Of a stretch of DNA of 64,000 nucleotides, positions 1-13,542 are shown piece by piece. The position numbers and the translations under genes were made by a program. Position 1 is the first letter of the stretch. Each line of letters starts with the position of its first letter. The notes under the pieces were generated by a model. It saw nothing but the letters and a program-made list of their open reading frames with translations. It searched no databases and was not told the origin of the DNA. The stretch is from Octopus sinensis (lineage: Eukaryota), in assembly GCF_006345805.1 (NCBI RefSeq), contig NC_043015.1, positions 36,704,001 to 36,768,000 on the forward strand, written 5' to 3'.

Positions 1-348
1 CAATTATCAAAAATGAAAGATATTGTGAATAAATATCAACTAAACAACGTCCATTGAATGAGACGGATTCTCTTTTCTTTACTTTTTTTCTCTTTCTGTG
101 TCTTAATGTTAACACGAATATTTATTTATTACGACTATTTAAATCTTTGAGCAGACGACACCAACAAGCTGTATTTACCGGTTCAGACTGATCTTATACA
201 TACACACACAAACGCATACGTGTGTGTATGTGTGTATCCTTATGTGCATGTGCGTGTATGTATATTGATATGTGTATAAATGCAAATATATGTATATACA
301 TAAACACATATGTGTATACTAAGACTTGTATGTATGTATGTATGTATG

Positions 349-411
<63 letters not shown>

Positions 412-613
412 AGTGCATTGTTCCCATACAAACAGACACCAGGATACAAGACAGCCATTAAATATTATCTATATAGTAATATAAACTCCGCAAATATTGT
501 TTTTCTACAAACAATATACATATGTAGATACATATATACATTTATCTTATAAGTATATATGTACTATGAGCATAAGTATCTAGGTATGTATGTGTATATA
601 TATATATACATAC

Positions 614-646
<33 letters not shown>

Positions 647-1098
647 ATATACTGTATCTATGTTTACCTATACATACATATATATATATGTGTGTGTGTG
701 TGTGTATGTGTGAGTGTGAATGTGTGTGTATGCATCTATTAATGTATGTATGCATGTATGTATACACATCATATCTCAGTTTTATCAAAATGGTGATAGA
801 TATATTTTCCTCTCCGTTGATATGATTGAAGGGGATATGTCGTGCGATATATAATGTGTCAACGTATGCATACACTCTCACATTCCTACAAACAAGCACG
901 CATAGCTACACACACAAACACACTTGAAAACAAAGGGACACAGATGGACGCACAGAACTACATAGAAACACACAAACCGACAAAAATATTCACACACTTC
1001 AAAATACTAAAACCTGAACAGTGACAGAGTCTAGCGTAAAATATGACTCGACACTTTCGCACGTTTAACATTAGACACAGAAATACACATATTTATGG

Positions 1099-1129
<31 letters not shown>

Positions 1130-1936
1130 TATATATATGTATATATTTATATATATATGTGTATGTATGTATGTATACATATATATATATGTGTGTTTGT
1201 GTATTTATATGTATATATGTATATATGTATGTATGTATATATGTATATATGCATATATATATATGTATATATATATATGTGTATATATATATGTATATAT
1301 GTATATATGTATATATATATAATATATATATGTATATATATATATATGTGTGTATATATATATATATAAATATATATATCTGTATATATGTATTTATACA
1401 TATATATGTACAAATGCGTGTCTGTGCATGTGCATTCGTGTATGTGTATTTGTGTGCGAATAATTACTATTCTGCTTCAGGGTTTTCGAGTCTAGATACA
1501 TAAACGTGTTAGGTACGCGGTCGGTAATGTCTTCCCGCCATTTTGATGCTAGAAGGTCAACTGGGTAAGATACAGAGACGTTGTTTACACAGCTAAATGT
1601 CAATAGAGATTCACTTTTATTTCTTCGACCGCCATTTTATCTCAGCCTATTCAATTTCTCTATTAGCTTTTCTAGGTATTTTTACTTCTTTTTACGTACA
1701 TAAATGTATATATGTAGTTAGGTAGTTAGGTAGGTAGGTATGCATATACGTATTTGTGTATGTATCTATGTATCTATGTATTTATGTATTTATAATATAT
1801 ATATATATATAGATTTATGCATACGTATGTATATCTACAATGTATATATATGTACGTATGAGCTTGTGTATATTTACAATATGTATGTATGTATACATAC
1901 ATACATATATATATATATATACACACACACTTACAC

Positions 1937-2024
<88 letters not shown>

Positions 2025-3249
2025 TTATATATAAACATCTTCACATTCATGCCTACATACACACATACACGCATGCATATACGCATATATAAATATGTAA
2101 TTAGGATACTGTTTAATGGTGCACGCATCAGTCGTTGTATTGCAGCATGGTTCAACACAAGCAGTGTGCGCTTATATGCACACACACACACATATGTATA
2201 TACAAATATATAAATATATACATACATAAGTATATGTTTGGACACGCCTTTATGCGTAAAGATATGTAAAATATGTGTTTGCGTTTGTGCGTGCGCGGGC
2301 CCGTCTATGTATGTGTGATTGTGCACACGTGTATCTGTGTGTATACCTGTGCGTGTAGTATTCGTCATTAGATATATGTATATCTATGCATAAGTCAGTG
2401 CTGCTACCTGTTCATGTTGCAACGTCACCTAAGTAAGAAAATCTGTTCGAAAGAAACAAAGTGAAGTTTAGCTCTAGTTCAGAAATGGATTAATCCTAAT
2501 CCCACTCCTCGAGCTGAATGTTCCAACCGCAGGGGAAGGCATGGAGTCCAAGATAAAACAATCGTAATAACGATGGAGTAGGTGATCGGCTGAGCGGATA
2601 TACCTACTGATCAGCAGTGTTTCCCGCTAAAACGTGTGCCGTTGCAGGTGTATCTCATGTCAGGTAGCGTCATCTGGCAATCCTAGTCCGGAAAGTATTT
2701 TGCACTGAAAGGAAATTAATCAGTGGTAATGGATATATACTTATATCTCTAAACGTAAGAAATGAAAATCTTATGTGTACATACATACACGCATACACAA
2801 TGTATACATACATACTTACATATGTATACATTTATATCAGAACACTCATTCATACACCTAACAGCTTGTGTATGTGTGTTTGTGTGCGTATTTGTGCGGT
2901 GATTTTCTGCTCATGTTTTATCTTATCTAATGATGAATGCTTTGCCTTTGAACAAAGATCATTTCAAGACGGAAGTCCTCAGTTCTTACTGCTTTTGAGA
3001 TATACGGCCCTACAGCTATATGTAGAACAGAACTGGCTGTAAATTTGCCGATGGCTTAAAATATGTTCATCCGGTCAGTTAATCGTGTGTTATTCCATTA
3101 TTGCGATGTGCAGTATTTCAGTGAAATTTCTTTTCAAAATTGTATTTAGACATAATCACAGATTTAGCATTAAATTTGTCGATTTTTTCAGCAGTTTGTC
3201 TTTATGTCGTTCAAGGGAATGGCATATATATATTATTTTTTAATCTCTT

Positions 3250-3470
3250 TTCTTATATCTTTTACTTGTTTCAACCCCTTGACTGCGGCCATGCCTGGGA
3301 AACGCCTTAAATGCTTTTCTTTCTTTTTCTAGTTGAGGAATACATATTTTTAAACCTGGTATTTTTTCTATCGGCCTCTTTGACGAACCGCTGTGTAACG
3401 GGAACGTAAACACACCAACACCGGTTGTCAAGTGTTAGTGGGGCGTGGGACAAACACAAACAGAAAGACA
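3250..3470 (-). mobile_element. SINE 3' half (shared-tail family), tRNA head missing
   Basis: Matches the tail module seen at 4299-4510, 16281-16480 and 42205-42355 (ttttacttgtttca..ttgactgcggccatg..gtaaacacaccaacaccggttgtcaag..gggacaaacac). Confidence 0.8.
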
Positions 3471-3950
3471 TACACAGAGATATATATACATCTCCAACGA
3501 AACATTCGAATGGAACAGTAACCGTCACTCATTTATATACTTAAGTACATTAATAAGTTACTAACCGTTTTTTTAATTCTCATAGATTTCTGATTTTGAT
3601 TTCGAGAACAGTCCAAGCCCTACAGTGAGTTGCATTTGGGGGGGGGGGGGATATACGAAAGCAAGAGTTCTAAAATCTTTTCCGCTGCATCTTATAAAAT
3701 GGCCCTTGTGTGTATTCTAATCTCGTGGGGAACATTTTCGAAGACTAATTTACCGGTGTTTTCGTGGGATGTGGAAGAGAGTGTGAAAGGGAGAGGGAGA
3801 GATAGCAAACAACTGAAAATGGAGAGATAGCAAACAACTGAAAATGTGTGTGTGTGAGAGTTTGAGAGCGAGAGAGAGAGAGAAAGAGAGAGAAGAGAGA
3901 GAGAGAGAGAGAGACCACAAATGGCAGTGATTAGAGTTTCTCCTATTTCC

Positions 3951-4260
3951 ATGTGGAGCATGGCCTAGTGGTTAAGCCGCTACATTCATGAAAGCGAGAT
4001 CGTTGTTTCGAAATCGAGGACCGGATACTGCATTAATTCTGGAGGAAAACACTCCATTTCACGTTCCTCTGCCTCTACACCTGACGTGTGGTACACAGGT
4101 ACACAGTACACCTGTTCAGGTAACGTTGATATAATGGAGAGTGTGCATTAATGTGCAGGACAAAACTTTCATCAGTGCAGACAGATTATTTGTACAGGGT
4201 GTTCAGCAAAAAATTGCAGAATCGTCTTTCTTGGACTACGAGAGGAGACTGGCATCATCA
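3951..4260 (+). mobile_element. tRNA-derived SINE
   Basis: Pol III A-box TGGCCTAGTGG (3961-3971) and B-box-like GTTTCGAAATC (4005-4015), followed by the body motif aacactccatttcacgtt that is shared with 11141-11470 and 27611-27822. Confidence 0.8.
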
Positions 4261-4298
4261 TTTCCAGAAGCCATCTGGGAATGCGCAACTAAAGGATG

Positions 4299-4655
4299 TC
4301 TTTTTTATCTAAAGATGTGCTTCAGTCATTAGACTGCGGCTATGCTGGGGCACCACCTTGAGGAATTCTTATGGAACGAATTGCCTTCGGTACTTACTTT
4401 TGTTAAGGCTGGCACTTCTTCTATCTGTCTCTGGCCGGATCGGTAAGTAACGAGACGTAAACACACCATCACCGGCGTAGTGGGCGACAAACTCAGACAC
4501 AAAGACGCGCACACACTAACATATAGCACTGGAATTCTTTCAGTTTCTCTTTACTAATCCACTCACAGGTCTTTAGGCAACCCGAGGCCATAGTGAAAGA
4601 AACTTCTCCTAAATGCCATGCAGTGGGGTTGAACCCCGAACCAACGAGTTTGAAA
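4299..4655 (-). mobile_element. bipartite tRNA-derived SINE (head + short CA tract + tail)
   Basis: Minus-strand B-box GGGTTCAACCCC (4625-4636). Head body is similar to 42729-42871 and the tail is similar to 42205-42355. Confidence 0.8.
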
Positions 4656-5577
4656 TTCTGATAAGTGACCCCTTTATCTCATCCAATCGATTCTATCGAT
4701 TCTGGGACCTGTGAAGTAAGCATTAACTGATTGCGAGAACTGATAAAATAAATAATGAAGTTCTCTCAAATCAAACGCCCTTGTTTTAAAACTAAAAGCT
4801 CGTATCTTCACTTTCTCAAAACTTTCTAAAGATTAAAACTATAATCTCTTTGATAATAGGTTCCACTGATCAGAACTATTCTGAGGTTAGACAACGGAAA
4901 CAAATGCAAATAAAATTCTACCATCTCGGTGGACATATATAACACTATACATACGATATGGTTACGAACGAAATACATTTAATAATGTGTCGGCTTGATT
5001 AGATTTGCCCCCGATGTATCCAAAAGGAGAGCAATAACAACGACAGTGGAACTAGTAGCGAGAATGACAACAACAGCAACAATAACGGACACGGCCAGAC
5101 GTACCATACAATTAAGAAGCGAATATACAACTGGTCGGGCTACAATGAATTACAGTTAGATTTCCGGATGTCACATCTTCAGGTCTTAAAACATGAAGGT
5201 ACTAATATACACACAGACAAACACAATGTGTGTGTTGTGTGTGTGTAATATACTCATCAGACAGGACAATGTTGTGAGGACGGGCATCGCGAGGTATTAT
5301 TAGCAATCAAGTGAAATGTGCCCGATGCCAGATGAAAGAGAGAGATGGAGAGTTGACTAATAGTAAGAAATAACGAGAATACGAAGAAAACAGCCATAAA
5401 AATGAAAGTAGTTGTAAGATATAGAGCAATTTTAAACATACGCCATAATAAAGTTAATTTCCAATCCATGAAGTTTGCACATAAATCTGAAATTCATTTC
5501 CGTTATCAAACATAAATGTCGTATGCAAATCATACGGGGACGCGAACACACAAGCACTTCTCTCTGCAACGATTTTA

Positions 5578-5608
<31 letters not shown>

Positions 5609-5871
5609 CACACCACACACACACACACACACAAACAAACACACAATAACACACAAACACACACACACACACACACACACACAACACACACACACACGCA
5701 TATATATATATATATATTCACACACATACACACATGCATATACTCATGTCTATCTGAACGGTTGTTTATCTGTCCCATCCTTATAAAGCCAGGCATAGAT
5801 ATATATGGTCACACATACGAGAATATATGTGTGTGTATAAATGTACCAATGCATGTATGTATATATGTATG

Positions 5872-5907
<36 letters not shown>

Positions 5908-6402
5908 CGTGTATATATATATATACACACAGACATACATATATACATACACCCAAATGTCGTGCACACTCAAACACATACGCACAAACAGACCCACACC
6001 CACACAAATATATATACACACACACACAGACAGCTGTATGACATTATGCATAATTAAGCCTATATTTATAAGTGTCTAAACTAAGAGCAATAAAATTTTA
6101 AAACATAGAAGCAAATACATTCATACATTCACGCGCCTGCACAAATGCACACACACGCATACACACGTATACGCACACTGGTACACACATAAATCACATA
6201 CTCACTTACACATAGGCCCGTGTGTGTGTGTGTGCTGAGTGGGGGTAGGTGAGACTTGTTCTGTTTATGTTATCATTAAACAGTCGTAAAAAAGTCAAAA
6301 TTTATTAAAGTAGATAAATAAAAATTTGCAAGAGCGTTGAGGGCGACGTGGGTAGGCAATGTGGCAAATACCAAATAGAAAGGAAAAAAAGACCGCTCAG
6401 AC

Positions 6403-6480
6403 AATAATAATAATAATAATAATAATTACGATAATAATAACGATAATAATAATGATAACGATAATAATAATAATAATAAC
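6403..6480. repeat. (AAT)n microsatellite, imperfect
   Basis: Directly visible ataataata run with acg/atg interruptions. Confidence 0.95.
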
Positions 6481-7829
6481 ACCAATTAAGATACAAAATA
6501 TTGATTGCGAGATAATCTCGACAGACATTTCACTATTCTCTTACGTTTCTGGTTTTTCAATTTCCTATAAAAGTTGTTAAAATGCTAATTTATACCCTTA
6601 GTCGCTCATGAGATTTTTTAAAATGACTTTTGCACTTCCGGACTTTCGTATATACACAAACACACACTCATACGCACGTGCGCACAAACAACCACCCACA
6701 CACACATGCACACACACAGACACACACAGACACACACACACACACATATATATTTATACATTCGTTTTTTATGCAAATTATTTAATGATTGTTTTCTTTT
6801 GTTCGAGAGTCTCATTATTTACTGTTCGAATATATTATTTGCGTTCTAACGGAAGAAACTTACTTTATTCGGAGATTGTACTTTATTTTATGATAAAGGT
6901 TGCCCAGTGTAATACTGTATTTAATGTTTATATATAAATAGTCCGGCGTCTGATGCGATAAATTGTAGCCAGTGTTATGAAGGACTTATCTCTATAAAAT
7001 ATCCTGCGTTCGATACGCTCTGCAGAGACCGCTCTTGTAATGAATTTATTTATATACTGATTCCATCTTATCGTACGATATATATTTTAGTCACCTTATG
7101 TATAAGAAAGATTCCAGTATATAGTATGATATATAGAGGCCACAATAGCTTGTATTTTAGTAGTTTGACGTCTTAATTTTATATTCGACCCCATTCGAAA
7201 ACTCTTTAATCTTGTTCACGAACTAAAGTTTCTAACCAATGTTTGATAATCCACAGCAGCGGAGAAAACTTAATACTCGTAAAACGTAAGTTATGTTTCT
7301 ATAGAGAGATACATAGACTAGAGAAATCAAGCATAAAATGTATTCTGTTCTTTAAAAAGAAGTGGAAGTAACCAGATGGCCTTGTTGTGCCATAATAAAA
7401 TAATTCATATGTTCGGATCTGAGTTTCAATAAATTAAAATTCATTAATATATTTTTATGATTTCGTGTGAGTAAGAACGGTCAGTTTCACAGGTTTTTAT
7501 AGGAACTCTATGATTTGCCGTCTGATTTGTAAAATTCTGTTCGAGAGTAACTGCAACATGAAGCAATCATTAAGCTATGGGGATATAGAACCGTAAAACG
7601 GGAACTTCTCATAACTTACAACAGTTTTATGTTATGTAAAGGTTGAGCCAAGACCGAGGAGTTGATCCACATTCTAAGAACGTATTAAACCTACCAGGCT
7701 TGAAAAGAAAACCGCTCACCAAAACGAGATTCCACTCATAGTTTTTTGTTAAGTATAGTTATAATAGAAAACATTTTTACCAATTAGTGAATTAAGAAAT
7801 AGAGATCGATATTGAAAGTGAATTATCGT

Positions 7830-8325
7830 AAATAAACGGGATGTCCCATTGCATAATTTAGGAGGATCTAAATTTGTTAGAAGCATTATTGGGACTCCTA
7901 CATTCAGAAAACGTTTATGCGGAGGAGTTCCAGGACTCTCAAGAGAATTAAGGAACTCTGTTGGGTAATGGACAGCTTGGTTTTCATCAAGTATAATCAA
8001 CTGATTTGTACTTCTTAATGACTGTTGGCATGTTATTCATTAATTCATGGTTAATTATTGCTACTGTCTCATTTTTTGGAGTAGGAATTGCCCTTTCACA
8101 TAAACATTTATGTGGAATACAATTATTACTTATGTCTGGAAATACCCTGTTCTTCAACTCAGCTGGGGAATTCACCATGATAGCAATATGAGCCAATCTG
8201 ATATCACCGTTCTCATCAAATGGTACTTTCCCATTTCCTAATTGGAGGAGACAAGTTCAAAACTGTTTCACACATTGGACCCCATATAATAAAGCTCGCA
8301 CATTAGTATTGAAGGAGAATTTGTG
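7830..8325 (-). pseudogene. Helitron Rep/Hel PIF1-helicase remnant (frameshifted, with stops)
   Basis: Minus-strand translation gives KFSFNTNVRALL..LLQLGNGKVPFDENGDI..LKNRVFPDI..LCERAIPTPKNETVAIIN..YKSVD, then [44 protein letters not shown]. This matches the conserved Helitron helicase segment [44 protein letters not shown]. Confidence 0.92.
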
Positions 8326-8363
8326 GAACGACGCAGGCACGAATTCACACACACACACACACA

Positions 8364-8395
<32 letters not shown>

Positions 8396-8881
8396 TACAG
8401 AGATACATATACATACAGTATAGAACATCAGATGAAATGGACGGCTGTGTGTGTGTGTATGTGTATGCGTGTGTGAGTGTGAGAGAGAGCGAGTGAAGAG
8501 GTTTGTTGTCATGTATAAGCACAAACATAAATAAACAGGTATACATCTTCTGGCTGTGTGCCAAAAAGATGTATGCTTATGTATTTATGTATGTACGTAT
8601 ACATGACAACACTCACTCGCACGCATACACATATATAAATGTATGCAAACGTACATGCAAAAATACATGTGTGCGGTGTGGCTGACAACAAATGCATAGA
8701 ACTGAACACGGCGTACAGAAGAATATAGATAAAAAGTTTTTTCTGAAATTAACGAAGTGTGCGAGTTTAAGCAAAATAATGCCCATATTTTTTGGACGCC
8801 TCATGTTGGATTGTAAAATTTTAATGTGACGTTTGTGTAATAAGGAAATCAAACATGGAGTGTGCGTGCGTGTGTGTGTGT

Positions 8882-8929
<48 letters not shown>

Positions 8930-9470
8930 GACCTTTGCAAAGAATGAATGAGTAAATATGAATGAATAAATATGGAATGAAAAAATCGTAGAAATATAAG
9001 CACGTTGAACCGAATATTTAAATTTGTGAACTCAGTAAAGATTTCTTTCAGTAATTTATCGTAGTTGTTTACAAATAGCGAATGAAAACTTAAAATGAAA
9101 ACATAGAAATGAAAACATTAAAAGAGAGTGAGAGGCCATTTTTACGTCAATACCGGAAGTTGACATTGAGAAGACTTTTTAAAGAAGTAAATCACAAATA
9201 TCAAGCAATGTTTATTTATCTTTAATAAAATAATCACATGAAGAGCCTAACATGTGTCGGAGGTCAAATTATTCATGCATCACGAGTATGGAAGCAATTG
9301 GTGATGCCGTTTTCGCGTGAAAAGCGAATACACACATATCTCTATTTGATATATATGTGTGTATATAATTATATATATGCGTGTGTGTCTATATGTATAT
9401 GTTTATATATACATGTATATATATATAGATATAATATATGTATATATATGTATAATATCAATATGTGTAT

Positions 9471-9537
<67 letters not shown>

Positions 9538-9621
9538 AATGCAATAATATAATACATGTATATAAGTATATCTATTTATATAGAGATACACATATACATA
9601 TATGTGCGCATATATATTATA

Positions 9622-9671
<50 letters not shown>

Positions 9672-10510
9672 GCAGTCTTATTGTTACGTCTTGTTTGTGT
9701 TCGTACTATTGTGCCCCGCTGCTTGAAATTTATTTAATTCTCTCCAGGAGGGCCTATTGGATTAGTGTTCTGTATGCCTTCGAAACATGCCGACTCCTCT
9801 AGCGACAGCTGATGACGGGGGGTTTGTCTTGTGTACAGTCTGTATTTGGTTTTCGTTTTCCGTTTTCTTGTTTGTGTGTTTTTTGGACTTTTTCTGTTTC
9901 TACGTCTTATTGTGATGTCCTGTACTCCGTATAATTATTTATATATGCATGTATATACAGTCGATGTAGTAGTACATATTGTTGATGTATGCAATATTTT
10001 TATTTATCTTCCATAATATATATATATATATTATTGCATACACATACCCTGTATCTATAAAATACAACTTCACATGAACGGAATTATAACAGAAAGAATG
10101 GTGGCCATTAGGATGTAATAAATAAATGTCGTAAACAAGCTCATCCACATGCGGCGTAAGGTATATTTCATTTCTGGTGATGTTGTGCCTGACATATATA
10201 TATCACATTTCCACGTTGTTGCCGTTTGCATTGATCGAACGAGAGTCAGGCAAGCCAAACACACTAGATTAAAATCGGCCTTTAACGAGAGCCGCATTTC
10301 CTGCCGTATGCAGGTGCAGATTTTACTAAAGAGCCGACATGTTAGATGAATACAAAGATGGAAGGCAGGAAAGACGGAAGGAAACTAGGAAGAAAAAGAA
10401 GCAAGAAAGATCTCCACATAACATTTGTGTGTTGTACGTAATGCAATTACGAGGAGCACAAATGGAATGTTATCTTTCAAATTAGTTTTCGCCATTTTTC
10501 TTATACATTC

Positions 10511-10560
10511 ACTTCTTCTTCAACTTCTTCTTCTTCTTCTTCTTCTTCTCTTCTTCTTCT

Positions 10561-10591
<31 letters not shown>

Positions 10592-10740
10592 TTCTTCTTC
10601 TTCTTCTTCTTCTTCTTCTCTTCTTCTTCTTCTCGTCGTCGTCTTCTTCTTCTTATTATTATTATTATTTTCCTTCTTCTTCTCTTCTTTTTCTTCTTCT
10701 TCTTCTTCTTCTTCTTCACCTTCTTCTTCTACTACTTCTT
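10511..10740. repeat. (TTC)n microsatellite, ~230 bp
   Basis: Directly visible. It explains the poly-S/L/F and poly-K/R/E ORFs. Confidence 0.97.
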
Positions 10741-11140
10741 CACTGATGTTGATGTTGGATTGTGTGTGTGTTTATGTTTTGGTTAGGTTTGTTTCCATGC
10801 GCTGTGGGTTGGCTTGGGCAGTGTGGAAATGATGTATTAGGTTTGAATAGGATTGAAAGAAGGAAAGAAGGATAGAATGAAAGAAAGAAAGAAAGAAAGA
10901 AAGGAGGAAAAAGAAGGAAAGGCAGGATATGAGGATGTTCTTATAATTTTAGACTGAGAAAGAAACCAAGTGAGAGAGATACGTTTGATACACGTGTGCG
11001 TCCGAGCGTGTGTTTTTGTATAGAAACACACACATAAATTATTGTTTGTATAAACGTATTAAAAGTATATATATATATGCGTGTATATGTGTGTGCACAT
11101 ATGCACGTAACTGTGTGTGTATATATGCATGTATGTGTGT

Positions 11141-11470
11141 GTAAAGACTCATTGTTCAGTGATTATAGCGTCGGGCTCTCAATCGTGAGGTAGTGAGTTC
11201 GATTTCCGGATCGGACTGTGTGTTGTGTTCTTGAAGAAAACGTTTTACTTCACGTTGCTCCAGTTCAGCCAGGTGTAGAAATGAGATACCACATCACTGC
11301 ACCAGACTCTGCTTTTCTTTGGATAACATCAGTGGTGTGAAGACGGGAGGCTGGTATGCATAGGCGACTGCTAGTCTTCTACGTTTAGCCCTGCCCCGAC
11401 TGGTACCTCGGAGGGCAACTTCCTAGGTGCAATCCTATGGCCATTTATGACTGAAGTGGGTCTTTACACT
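11141..11470 (+). mobile_element. tRNA-derived SINE, near full length
   Basis: B-box GAGTTCGATTTCC (11195-11207), core gtgttgtgttcttgaag..ttcacgttgctccagt, and a body shared with 27611-27822. Confidence 0.85.
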
Positions 11471-11541
11471 TTGAATATACATATATATATAAACACAAAA
11501 AAATATGCGAATTTATACAAATATATGTGTATGTAAACACA

Positions 11542-11581
<40 letters not shown>

Positions 11582-12470
11582 GCACGAAGCTTAAACGATG
11601 CAGTGAACGACTTGTTCAGATATTCAGAAATGAGAACTAAAGTCTATTTTCAACCGTTAGGACGCACCAAAATCATAGAAAATAACAGTATGCGAGGAAA
11701 CGGACAAAGAATTGAAAAGCATAAGTATAAAGATTATGCTGTTCAGATGCTCATATACCATGGTATCGGGTTTTCACCCGTGAGCCTTAACCCTCATCTG
11801 TATGAGCGACTTGGCAAAAAAGTTCCAAATCCTCCGATGTTATAAATCCATTAGCGCTCCGGTCGGTTTGCGCCAAAAACCAGTAACATATGGTGCAAAG
11901 GATTTATGAGCAAAAAAACATTGAATGCTTTTTCAGTTATATATATATATTATATATATATATATATATTATATATATTATATATATATGTGTGTGTGTG
12001 TGTGTGGTGTATACATACACTCAGAGACACACTCAAGCAGAATCATATAAGCATACACAAACCCGCACGTTCATATATACTTCTACACGTATCAGTGAAA
12101 ATTCGTGGTGCCTTAAGTGACCGGGTTCCGAGCCTGAGAAGTGCATTCTTTCCTAGTTCAAGGTTGATCTTGATCCAGTTTACATTGCAATAAATTCGTA
12201 CCAACTGATGGCTGGATCAGTTCTTTTTTATGTAGCTTTCCCATCGGACAAAAATCTTTTTGTACCTAAATATGTGTACCTAAATATTTAGCAAAATCTT
12301 TGGTCCAAGTACCACGTAATACTCGCTTGTGAGTGACGACTAGCATATAATTCCACGAAGCTAATTTACGTAGATACCGAAATTTGGCTATAACACCGAA
12401 CGTAGTACCAGAGGGTTACAAAGCAAACCCTTAACACATACAGCCATTCTCCCATTTTTTTGTACGTAGG

Positions 12471-12560
12471 TACGAGGGGATGCTGGGATGTTCCTGTCTT
12501 TAAGGGCATCGCAAAATACCTTGTTGGAGACACAATCTACCGACTTCTCTTGAACTCCAC
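12471..12560 (+). mobile_element. mariner-type MITE, one end only
   Basis: Begins TACGAGGGGATGCTG, resembling the terminal motif of the element at 22085-22280. Confidence 0.6.
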
Positions 12561-12584
12561 AGCATTGCTTCACAGAGTAGTTAT

Positions 12585-12772
12585 TCCAAATTCGGGAGGG
12601 TTAGTCGTTGATATCAACCCCAGTACTTGACGTGTTCTTTATTTTACCGACCCTCGAAATATATACGGCAAAGTAGACGTCAGCGAGATTTGAACTCTGA
12701 AGTAAAGAACCGGCAGAAATGTTGCTAAGTATTTCGTTCGACTTTAACAATTCTGCAAGCTCACTTCACTTA
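12585..12772 (-). mobile_element. SINE (GGCGGCGAGCTGGCAGAA-type family)
   Basis: Diverged reverse complement of 56342-56565 (ggcaaagtagacgtcagcgagatttgaactctga..acaattctgcaagctc). Confidence 0.8.
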
Positions 12773-13446
12773 TCCATCCATAAAATAATAAAAGTAAGTT
12801 TGTAAACAACAGAATGAGATTGAAAGAACATCGAACAAATTCAATTGATAGGTATTGATTTGTTTATTCCCAGGCTACTGTTCTACCAGTTACATCATCA
12901 CATTGAGATTGTATTCGATCAGAGAATTTATTGAAGAGACATGGGGAATGAAAATCGATTTAAAATTGGTTTTACAAATGCATATTATCTTACATAATAT
13001 GTATTAAAATGTTTGCTTTTAATTTCTAATTTTTGTGATTATTGAACTTAGATTGATCTTTCAATATGTGCATCGATCTTTTAAAGAGATAATTTCACTA
13101 GACATATAAAGCGGAATATGTGAAGAAGAGATTAATGATAACATGTGTTATGAAAGTCCATAGGATCTTTCAATCTTCTCTTCTTTGTTGTAGTAAGTGA
13201 TAGAGTATGGCAACCTCAGTCAATATTCGCTTTTCATGTTAACGCTTTCATATCTGCATTTACCAATATCCATATTTTTTTGGTGGCTACGAGTGATCAG
13301 AATAAAACCTGTGTGTAAAGAGTTTGAAATCATAAAATCAGTAAAGTTGGCAAATTTTCCGAAAAAAAAAGGATGTAGATGTTTGTATACAAATGCATAA
13401 TACATATGAGTCTATCTACCTATCCATCTATCTATCTGTCTGTCTG

Positions 13447-13488
<42 letters not shown>

Positions 13489-13493
13489 ATATC

Positions 13494-13542
<49 letters not shown>

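Noticed and set aside
3951-4020. tRNA genes at the A/B-box pairs (also 11141, 27611, 42800)
   Set aside because: No complete cloverleaf is present and each continues into a shared SINE body.
5140-5265. Minus-strand CTGATGA and CTGAAGA boxes with a long CA/TG hairpin
   Set aside because: No correctly placed GAAA, stem III or stem I could be built.
9740-9840. GAAACATG and CTGATGA motifs close together
   Set aside because: They are in the wrong order for one HHR and no stem I forms.
10070-10297. Minus ORF with a hydrophobic C-terminus
   Set aside because: No recognisable family motif or clear splice boundaries; the length is within chance expectation.
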